Positions 22,671 to 32,553 of a stretch of 44,552 nucleotides of DNA are shown piece by piece. A model generated the notes under the pieces. It did no database searches. It had not been told where the DNA came from and worked only from the letters and a program-made list of their open reading frames with translations. This DNA comes from Spirogloea muscicola. Taxonomy: Eukaryota. The stretch spans positions 437,206 to 481,757 of the forward strand of contig WELB01000005.1 in assembly GCA_009602725.1 (NCBI GenBank). Reading direction: 5' to 3'. Made by a program: the position numbers and the translations under genes. Within the stretch, counting starts at the first letter, position 1. Every line of letters begins with the position of its first letter.

Positions 22671-24965
22671 GNGGCGGGGGGCGGGGGCGGCACCTAGCCG
22701 GCGTGCAAGTCGGGGGAAGTGGGGCGTCGCACCGTGGGCGGGGGGTTGCGAGGCGCCGTCGCCGATTGGTGGGGTTACGATTCGCGGAGAAGCGCCGAAA
22801 GCCGACGGCAGCGGGGGTCCGGCCGGCAGCCGCCCAGGTGGAAGCACCTCCCCCGAACCCCGACGGGCGCGCCCGCCCGCCCTTCACGCCAGCGCGTGGG
22901 GCACCGCGCCCGGGCACCGACATCTGATCCTTCGGCGGGCGAGTCTCCAGATCGCACCGTGCTTGGTGGTAGTAGCACCCCAGCAACCAGCAGAAAGTGG
23001 TATCCACCCGAGGGGCGAGCACTTCCTATCCACCGGCCTCTTCAGGCCCCGTAGTCGATGCTTAGCTCGTAGTTTGGCCCATTCGAACCTTGTCAACTCT
23101 TTTCGGGCTGGCTTCTCACAGCCCTTGCCCCCATTGGGAGAGCCACTTCTACTTCCGGCCTCCCGGGCTGGCTTCGCCCGTCACCTCAGCACCTCCTATG
23201 AGCCGTCTTTCTCAGTCCACAGCTTCGCTCTGTGTAGCCCCTTCCTTTCGACCCTAAGTCACGCAAGCGCGGCCAGATTAACTGGTGGCTGGGAGAGGCC
23301 AGCCCAAAAGAATGGACAAGGTCTGAAGGAGACGGAGTGCTAAGGACTGAGACAGCAGTAAGCGAACTCTCAGCAACCTCTCGTCAGTAGATGCAAATCT
23401 GGATAGCTAGCAGGCGGAAAGACGTCGCCCTGACGGAAGCCGGAGGCCGCCGCCAGAGCGCGGCCTGCGCGCAAGTGGACCGCAAAAGCTAGGGACCGCT
23501 GCAAAGAGACGGCCAGGCGCATCCGGAAAACTTGGGCGAGGGACCCGGCGACGTGGACAAGTGTGGAGAGGTAGAAAGGAAGAAAGTGGCTCTCCCCAAG
23601 GGGGCGAAGGCTGTGAACAATCAGCCCGAAAAATCTATCAGGGAGATACTAAGAAGAAGTGAAGGAGAGATAAGAGAGGTGTGGAAAATTCAGATACTTG
23701 GACCTGTGTGGAAAAAGAAAGTCAGGATCTAGCTCTTCCAATGGACGGCAATGCTTGTGAGAGGCCCGGACAAAAGAGAGTCGCGGAGGGCTACCTCCAC
23801 CTCTTTGGTCAAAGAAGATGCTCATCTTCCGCCCTCTTCAAAGCTGGCAGGACCTGGCATGAGCGGGCCAGGCCTATCCTGCTGCCCGCATTCTGCCGCC
23901 GCCCGTAATGCCCGCGCGATGCCCGCTGGTGTAGCTGTGGCAGCGGCGGCGGCAGCGGCAATGGCAGCGGCGATGCTAGGTCTTGCATTCGCCAAAACGA
24001 GAGACTGGACGATTGGACTGCTCGGTCCTTGCCCTCCGCACCCTTCTGCTCGGTCAGGCAAAGCAATGAAACTTTATACATAGTTTCTTGGAGGGGGCCC
24101 TGTAACAACCCGCCGCTACACACGCAGATAGGGTTGGGATGACCTTGTTGGGTTCGGCTGGAGGGGGTGTAGGAGCCAACCCCCTACACGGCGAAGCACT
24201 CGCGCATTTGCGCAGCTGAAGACCCTGTGGCCCTTTGGCGCCGCCGTCAGGCAGCATCTCCACCTCCTCAGCACCAGCCAGCAACTAGCCCACCAAGGGC
24301 CAGCCACGGACGCCTCGCAGCGAGCCGGCAGCGATTCGCGGCGCCGTGCTGCGGCAGCAGGCAGGAGCAGGGCTGCGCCTCTCTCTGGGGGCTCCACCGA
24401 TCCGAACTTCCTCGTCCCGTCTCCGCCCCAGGCTCCTAGTGCTTCTCCGTGCCACCATACGTCCAGGAAAAGAGCAAGCGCGGCCAGATTAACTGGTGGC
24501 TGGGAGAGGCCAGCCCAAAAGAATGGACAAGGTCTGAAGGAGTCGGAGTCCAGAAAAGGGATGTACTGAGTGATGAAGGGCCTGTGTGACCAAGTACGAA
24601 GGCAAGCACATGACAGATGTACTTCACCTGCTGCTAAGCTGACCCGCTCAGTAATCACGAGTTAGCACATCTATGGTCGCACAGGGGTGTGTGGGGCCCA
24701 AGCAGGGAGGGGCAGACCTGTACGAGGGTCCAGGGTGGACACCAACCCACCTGGTCCCCAGTGCGGGACCCACCGAGCCACATGGGCCCCAGTGCGGCAC
24801 CTGGCACGGCCACGGTGAAGACCAAACACCTGGGCCCTCGTGCGGGACCTGGCAAGGCCCTGTCGGTCAAGGTCCAATCATGTATACGGGTAACAGCGCC
24901 GGTTGCGCTCACAAACGGTGGAAATGTGACATCCAACCCTTTCAGACCTTGTACATTCCTTTGGG

Positions 24966-25146
24966 ATGGCCTCCCACAGCCCTTGTCATTCTTTTCGGGC
25001 TGGCTTTTCACAGCCCGTGCCCCCATTTGGGAGAGCCATTTCTCTCACAGCCATGGCCTCCCACAGCCCTTGTCATTCTTTTCGGGCTGGCTTTTCACAG
25101 CCCGTGCCCCCATTTGGGAGAGCCATTTCTCTCACAGCCATGGCCT
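24966..25146 (+). repeat. 87-bp tandem duplication (2 copies plus 7 bp) containing a nested element end
   Basis: Unit ATGGCCTCCCACAGCCCTTGTCATTC…GAGAGCCATTTCTCTCACAGCC starts at 24966 and 25053; ATGGCCT recurs at 25140. Confidence 0.9.
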
Positions 25147-25533
25147 TACGTTGAAAGCAGCAAGCGCGGCCCGATTAACTGGTGGCTGGGAGAGGCCAGC
25201 CCAAAGATCGGACAAGGTCTGAAGGAGCCGGAGTGCTAAGGACTGAAAGTGCTGTTTCCCTTGGGAGGAGCTCACTTCTCCCACCAGCATGGTGAGGATG
25301 TGAAGGAGTTCGTGATTTCCCACTTGGAAGCCAAGTCGGCGTGCAATCGATCAGATTCCCCGGGCCTGCCGGTTCTGGGCGTCTCCATGCTCAACTGCTC
25401 GGCCATCTCCGTTCGCATGAGAGAAGGCGCGCGGTGCGCATGAAATGGAAAGGGCGGCCAATTTCAAGCCAATACATGTCGACGATCTCCATTCGAATGT
25501 TGGCAGGCTCTGCCACAGGCCTTGCCACCGGAG

Positions 25534-25809
25534 AGAAGTGCGCGCCCACAGAGAAGAGGGGCTGGCAAAGCCAGCCCAAAAAAGAATGGACAATATCCAA
25601 AGCCAAAGAAAGAGGAGCCGGAAAAAGGACTACACTACAAAATACTGCAGAACACAGAAACGATGCAAAGGGAAGCTCAGTACCCACGAGTGAGCAACAT
25701 CAGGTCTGAGTAACTCGCTGCAGGGAAAGAGGCACTCCGCCGAGACCTAGAGGCGGCGGCCATAGCACGGCCTGCTCGCGTGTGGACGGCGTGGGCAAGG
25801 GAGCATTGA
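25534..25809 (-). mobile_element. Complete 5'-truncated insertion (~276 bp) with flanking duplication
   Basis: LAHAVHTRAGRAMAAASRSRRSASFPAASYSDLMLLTRGY*, UTR, motif and …GCACTTCT tail. Flanked by ACCGGAG at 25527-25533 and 25810-25816. Confidence 0.85.
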
Positions 25810-25929
25810 ACCGGAGGGCCTCGGCGGGTTGGCCTCCATTCCAATGTTGGCAGGCTCTGCCACAGGCCTTGTCACCGGAGGGCCTCGGCGGGTTGGCGAC
25901 CACGGGCCGGAAGCCCCAGCGACACCGGC

Positions 25930-26355
25930 AGATAATGGGCAGCGCCCGTACAGATTCAGAAGGGCGACTAGTCCGCCCAGATGTGCGCAGCCGCAGTAGC
26001 GTCAGGTAGTGGTCCCAGTAGTCATGCTTGCCGCTGACATACTTTCGGACACCATGTCTTTGACCGTTCAGTTGAGCCGCTTCACGAGCCAGTACGTTTG
26101 GGGATGGTGGGCCGTCGTGAAACTCTTGCAGACCCCCAGCGCTTTGCAGACCTGCTTCTCCGTGACCTGTCCCGGTGATGTTGGTGCCGAGGTCCGTTCA
26201 GGAGTCGCCGGGCCCACACGATGGTGGCACACCTTGTTGCAGATGAGGCAGCTGGCAACATTCGGCGGTGGCAGTCCGGCAGGGCTGCTCTAATGACCCA
26301 GCGGCTCAGGTAGTACGTCGCCAGCACGACGTACTTGTTGCACCTTCCATTGTTG
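25930..26355 (-). mobile_element. Decayed Ty3/gypsy-type integrase (rve) fragment
   Basis: NKYVVLATYYLSRWV…ALPD…KQVCKALGVCKSFTTAHHPQTYWLVKRLN*TVKDMVS…YWDHYL resembles the integrase consensus NKYxLVxxDYxTRW…LGI.KS.TTAYHPQTDGLVERxNRTLK. Contains frameshifts and a stop. Confidence 0.8.
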
Positions 26356-26450
26356 TATGTGCTCACTCGAGGGTACTAGAGTCTCCCTTCAATTGTGTTT
26401 TTCGTTCTATTACCTCAGCCCATTTGTTCTTCTTACACACTGTATATGGC
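26356..26450 (+). mobile_element. Old non-LTR C-terminus/UTR fragment abutting the integrase relic
   Basis: gtgctcactcgagggtactag encodes VLTRGY*, followed by a pyrimidine-rich tract. Confidence 0.5.
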
Positions 26451-28263
26451 TTGCTTTGGCCTCCTGCTCAGCAGCAACATTACCAAGTCATTTGCTGCGC
26501 AAGCATGGAGCACCTTGAAGAACTTACCGTTATGGTCTAACAATATGGTCAATTGTCAGGTGTATGCAGCAAGTGACCCTCCTGCAGCGTACCTGTCAGT
26601 CACCAGCAAGCTCTACCAACCCAAATTGTAGGCGATACGTAGTCAATCTAAGTTGTGCAGTCTGGCATCATGGACGACAATCTACAACGGCCGTGCAGCT
26701 CAGCAAAGAAAGTCCACAGCCTCCTAGGAGCATTCTGCCCATTAAAGAGTTCATCCCAACTTCGCCAATAAGTGTTGCTTACCTCTCAAAACAACTTCTC
26801 TATAACAACGTCTCACTATAAGTCCATGGGTACTTACCTATCTAACAAGAGAGAGGTTGTACCAAGACAGCCTCCTGTTATTAGGGGGAGTCCGATCAAG
26901 GATGTAAGCCTTTTTCCATATACCATACAGCAGATACTTGCAGAACGCATCGAAATAGAGGCACCAGTTGTTCACTTACCCATGCTTACTACACCTGATG
27001 TAAGCACTATATATGTAATATCTACTTGGTGATATGTACTTGTTGATAGATGTATGTTGTGATTCCAAGTGCAAGTCTCGAATGCTCAAGTAGCTGGTGA
27101 GAATGTGGCCGAGCTATGATGGCACACGCCATGTGACTGTCAACTGTGTCTTCACTTATGGTAGCAATCTGGCGCTGATTGTCAGGCGTTACAGGCAAGC
27201 TGATATGTCATCTGAAGTCATTGTGCGATCAGATGCCCCTCCAGAAATGTCAATGCAGCTTGATGCATGGACATTTCAAAGTGGCTTGGTTATTGTCCTT
27301 GTTAATTGCATTGCTCATTTTTCAACTCGACATACTGCGGACAGCATTGCACATCGTCCCGGCATATCTTTTGTTGGACACCCTGCAGCATGGTCCATAT
27401 ATACATAGGGATAAATCACCAATCCTCATCGTACATATGCTACTGAATGAAAGGAACACAGGCCCAGGAAGGGGAGGGCTTACGCCTGTCGTGTCCATTC
27501 TCATAGATCAACCGACCAGCCAATGCAGTATGCAAATGGGCCAGTATATTTACTGTTGTCTGGGAGAATGTGAGGGAGACAAGTAGACCAGGTGAAATTC
27601 AGTGACAAGCTTCATGAAAAGTTTTTCTCAAGGTCAGAAAGAAGGTGGCAATCCGCACATGTACATGCAGTACACATGGGAACTTGTTTTGCAGTCCTAC
27701 GTACGAGCTCCTGTTACAGGATCTCACGGGTGGTTTGGGAGGGCTAATGCTGTCAAGAAACCATCAGATGGATATGGACACCTCAAAAGCCACCCACATC
27801 TTGCTGCTGATATTCAGTAGCATCCATTTGTCCAGTTGTCACAAATCACAAAGTGCATCCCACTTAGCATCCGGGAAAGAGGACTACTTAGTACTTGGTC
27901 AGAAGAGACATGGTGTAGCTCATCATTTCATCCTTCTAGTGATCTCTTTTCACTAGAAGGATATCATCAATTTGACATTGACGGTGTGCTTGACCACCTG
28001 TTGAAGTAGCTTCAATGAGCAACTTCTCCACTGATATGGGCTGCTTTGCTCATGAATCCCACAGAATATCTCTGCAGTCGATATCAATCAACTCCAGAGT
28101 GCTGCAACTCATAAGAGCTGAACTTCAGCAAATTTTATTTCATTTACACAGAAATGTGAATCTAAGTCAAGCCTGCCCAATGAACAGCGCACATGCTGGC
28201 CATAGCCTAAGCATTGGTGTTGGGCTGAACTTGAGGGGATGCTGCCCACCCCTCAACGGCGTA

Positions 28264-31200
28264 TCAGTCTGCAGATACCAAGCTGTCACGACTTAAGTGG
28301 TTTCCTAGCAGCCTCTGGTCGAGGATCATATTTGGTATCTGCAGAAAATCACAGCAGCAAACGATTAGCACAGCAAGCAACCTACCAACAGCAGAAGAGT
28401 ACTACTGTGGAATATTTCTGGTGAAGCAGATACTAACTCTCTCTATCATGTGTGAAGTTGCTTGGCAACCAGGCTCTTAAATAAGCAGCAGCTGCAATCT
28501 CGTACATGCTCAACTCTGATAAATACTGGATGCCAGAGAGGGCAACTGATCTGCAAATGCTCCAGTAAACTACAGGTAAAAAGGTGATAAAGGATGAAGA
28601 AGTCAACCTTCTCGCCAAAGAACATCTTGGAGTTATTAGCAATGGCCTCTATGAAGCGAAGCTCTAAGAAGGCTGGGGTAAGCTTGACTTCATTGGCTTC
28701 CGCTTCTTTCACCACCCTGATGATGTGCCAGAGCAATTGTAGGCACCGCAAATTGTCATAATGCTACTGAGATGAGTAGATTCTTATCTGCAAGGTTCTT
28801 TGACATCGAGCAACAAATTTGGAGCCTGTGGATGTAAAAGACTGCCGACAAAAGAGTGAAGCCTTCACAGAGCAGCACACAACAACCACAATGCACATGC
28901 CTTGCGGCTATTATGTCTCTGCCACTTACTTGTAAAACTGAGCATCTGTCAGTGCCTTCTCTCTGGCCAGAAATATGTCATTCTCAATAGCTTGCTGGCG
29001 CTGTATGCTCTCCTTCTCCTGCAGCCTCTGGCTCATCAGAATTTGTGATACATGCGCCGCAGACCTGCGAAGCGGTCCACAATGCGGTGCACAACAATAA
29101 ATCAGGCAGCGTCTTCTCCACCTCATGCAACTCAAAGCATGCCCTTAACAACCGCTGCTTTCAGTGCTTGAAAGGTGTACGCACTCGGCATCGGTCACAG
29201 CGCGCTTCTTCTCGGTCTCGGCCTCCTTCTCCACTACCTTCTGCTTTTCTATCGCTATAAGGACCTGAAGTATCACATGCAAGCAGGTAGCAAAGTGTGA
29301 GGACTCCGGAAAGGGAATATGACAATGAGAACATCTGAGGGGAGATCACCAAGGGAGAGTTGCAGTTGGACAGTGAGGACAGTGAGGTCATAACCAAGCA
29401 AGATGGGTGAAACTTGCAGTAAAAGTGCAGTGCCCTTGCCTTGGTTCTCTCTTCCTCCATCTGCTCATAGTTGCGCGCAATGCTCTTAGGGATGGTGGGC
29501 TTCGTCACCCTGACACTGATGATCTCAATACCAGGTGCGTATTTGTCCAAGTCTACCTGAATCGCCTCCTTGACCTTCTCGTCTATCTGCAAGAAAGACT
29601 TGCCAATTGCTTTCAAGTTCCACGCTTCTGATATCCTCGACAAGGCAACACCTGTTTGTCGGGAAAACCTTTGCAATCATTGGAAAACATCATCATGTAT
29701 CTACTTGGCTGCAGTCAACTCAGGATGGCGAGAATGTGGAACATTGTGAACATCCATGAGGACCCCTTTACAGGTCAGCTTGACATCTGCAGACCTGGTC
29801 AAAATGGTCGATGTAAACTTCCTGAAGCGTGTGAGCTGAACAGAACTGGTTAATCTCGTGATGGATCTTATCATAGATCCAAGTCTTATCATACTCAACT
29901 CCAAAATTCATAATAGTGTCAAACACATAGTCTTTCCTCAACCGATTGACAACCTGAAAATGACAAAGAGATGTTTGGCATCAGCGCCGTCCTTGTCTCT
30001 TCCAGCAGCCTAGCTGAGGCCTCCACAAGCCAATGCCAGCTGTTCAACACTGATCAATGTCATGCTCGAGGCAAAACTCCATCAAGTGTGCTATGTCAAT
30101 ATTACGGGCCGACTAAGGTCCTGTTATGTACTGACCTCAATCTTGTCAAAGTATATCATAACTCCACCCTTGGTTCCACAGGGAATATTAACAACCTGGG
30201 CACATACGGTGATCCTTGATTATAAGCCAGCTTCGAGTGAGGAGATGCTGCTTAAGAGCTGCGAAGTCCTTTGTATTGCTGGTAAAAATTTGCACCAGGC
30301 AGATGTGGTCAAGTTGCGTGCAAAACAACAAAATGATATTATGACTACCATGTCTGTCTGCATGGTGACTTGAATGGCCTCAAAGCGTGTGACGAAAGGT
30401 ACCATGGTATGAAAACCTGCCCATCATGTCAAACCTTGTGCGATGGAACACATGTCAGTGCAACTGAGGTTTGATTACACATCAGTAACATAAGCTCGAC
30501 CACCAGATAATAGCAGCTTCGCTTTTTGGCAGGTCAGGGTCAGGGTTCAAGAATGGGACGTTAAGAAGTGACCCAATTTGCCATAATGTAATGGAGGAGC
30601 TACTCTTGCACCTGGCTCTGTCACAGTGCTCAGCAGAGCCCCGCCCCTCCAGTACACTCCTACATGCCCTTCAGGGACTTGATGCAGAATGCCAAGGTTT
30701 GCTCCAGCAACTGGCAGAAGGACCTGTAGCATCAGATTGCAACCTGTTAGCAACACATTACAGGTGTGCTGTGATTTCTTGTGATTTGATGAAGAAGACA
30801 GACATGTACACCAATGTCCTGCACAGACTGCAAGGACTGAGAGCCCCAGCCTGTTCAATGACGCTCTTGAATGATGGCATCGTAGAGTATTCACAAATCC
30901 AGGGCTTCAGACACGATGAAACGACATTATGCCAACAACGCTGAAGAGGGCAAACAGTAAAGTGGTCCTTGACAAGCCTAAGCTCCATAACTTTCAGAGT
31001 GTCATCCCAGATGTATGCCACTTCAGCTCAGTCCAGTCACCAGATGGTCTGAGCGACGCTCACCGTGAGGGCAAGCACAACAAGGGGCGCAATTGAGACG
31101 CCGGTGAGCTCCGTGGAGGGCGCAGCCGTGCCAGCTGAACTGAGAATGGGCAAGCCACCCTGGACGTCAATACTTTTGCTTTCTCAGAAGACATTTTCCG

Positions 31201-31599
31201 TTTGGTAATCCTCTTGCAACTGTGCATAGTACTTGCCATTTGATAAAGAAGAACCATAAACGAAGTAAGGTCCAGCTGTGCTGAACTGGCGAACGAACTC
31301 GAACAGGCGGCCCTGTGTGCCCCTATTGCCAAGTCTGCTGCTGCCGGCTGCCGGCAGCTAAGCTGGCTGAGAGGGGTGCGACCAAGGCAAGGTGGCAGAT
31401 ACAGAGGCATCACAGCACTTTGCTGCCTCCTGGCTTACGAGTCGTCGTCAGCCAGCTCAAGCGGCCGTCACAGTCCCGCCCGGCTCCATTGGCAATTTGC
31501 AACCTGATCGATGCCGACAAGCTCAACGACCAGGAAAAGCGCGTCTCACGATGGCCTGGAGTACTGTTGCGCGGGCACCCGCGGGACCGGCGGCTCCAT
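28264..31599 (-). CDS. ERLIN: Erlin-like SPFH/band-7 ER membrane protein
   Basis: Exons 31064-31134, 30612-30723, 30349-30416, 30136-30195, 29795-29953, 29440-29586 (GC donor), 29185-29264, 28930-29064, 28608-28716 and 28264-28338. Motifs: [81 protein letters not shown]. The first exon (31550-31599) and its link to 31134 are tentative. Confidence 0.93.
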
Positions 31600-31879
31600 G
31601 GCCTCCGCGCCGCGCCACCAGCGCCGCAGGTGCGTCCAGGAAGCGGCGGCGAGCGGCGCGACAACGCAGCTGGCGAGCGCCTCGGCTGCGAGCTCCGCCA
31701 GCGCCTCCGTCGCGGGCCGCCGGCGCGCCTGCGGCCAAGGGCTGGCGTCGTGGCCGGCCTTCGAGCTTGTGGAGGCCGCTGGAGAGGCCGCGCGCGTAGC
31801 CCGCGCGATGGCCGCGCGCGTCGCACGGGAGCCTCTCTGCACAAGCTGGTGGCGGCGAGCAGACTGAACGTGGAAAGGA

Positions 31880-32220
31880 ACGGCTCTTCCAACGCAAGGC
31901 AATGGCTATGCTGTGAGCAGCTAGCCCCCAGAAGGATCACGAGGTCCGGAGGGGGCCGAAACTGCGCTTTTCCTTTCGTTTTCGGGCTGGCTTTTCACAG
32001 CCCTTGCCCCCACTGGGAGTGCCACTTCTTCTCCAGCCACCAGTTAATCTGGCCGCGCTTGCTCTCTTTCTTTTCCTTTCCCGGTAGGTCAGTCAGTCAC
32101 TGGTGAACGCCAGTTGGGAGCCGCAAGTTGGAACGACTAGCCGCCGGAAAGCAACCCCACACTCCATTCCATTGGGAGAGCCACTTTCCTTCAGTCCCAG
32201 CCATCGCACTCTACTGGGAC
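31880..32220. mobile_element. Retrotransposon terminal fragments within the erlin/LACS divergent intergenic region
   Basis: Minus-strand motif at 31882-31928. Plus-strand motif at 31984-32032 fused to CCAGCCACCAGTTAATCTGGCCGCGCTTGC. Partial motifs at 32169-32218. Confidence 0.75.
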
Positions 32221-32275
32221 AATTTCACCCCCCCTCCGTTCGAGCGTGGGTTGCCGCCGTTCTCCGCGTTCCGCA

Positions 32276-32277
<2 letters not shown>

Positions 32278-32306
<29 letters not shown>
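32278..32306 (+). repeat. (CGC)n microsatellite upstream of the LACS start
   Basis: About 9 uninterrupted CGC units. Confidence 0.85.
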
Positions 32307-32307
<1 letters not shown>

Positions 32308-32553
32308 TGAAGGCGCCGCCGGAAAGGTGCCGGCGCGGAGCTGCCAGGGCGCAGCTGCAGGCGACTGACACAGAGGCCGCTTGCGCACCGAGCTTACCCT
32401 TTGGACTCGCTCGTCAAGCGCCACACCTGAGGGCGAGGAAGGCCATCCATCGACGGGGACAGCCATTCTCGGGCCCTTGAGCGGGGGAAGGATACATGTG
32501 GGCCCTCCGAGGCTGGCAGAGAGGCTGAGCATTCAGCAGGCGCTGGGACTGCA

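Larger units (their letters stand above)
21905..25250. mobile_element. Large nested cluster of retrotransposon 3' fragments on both strands, interleaved with unidentified DNA
   Basis: Minus-strand motifs at 21909, 22175, 22455, 23288, 23588, 23731, 24497 and 25183; plus-strand motifs at 23105, 24963, 24997 and 25084. C-termini RAGRAVAAASGLRSGVALPPLSSSDVLLLTRRY (~22248-22350) and VLTRDY* (~24648-24668). Subfamily segment GCAAGCGCGGCCAGATTAACTGGTGGCTGGGAGAGGCCAGCCC at 23263, 24474 and 25160. Confidence 0.75.

Noticed and set aside
22880..22920. Alu/7SL-like start GCCCGGGCGCGGTG on the minus strand
   Set aside because: No UGU(NR) Alu motif or SRP helix-8 signature follows; probably chance in GC-rich DNA.
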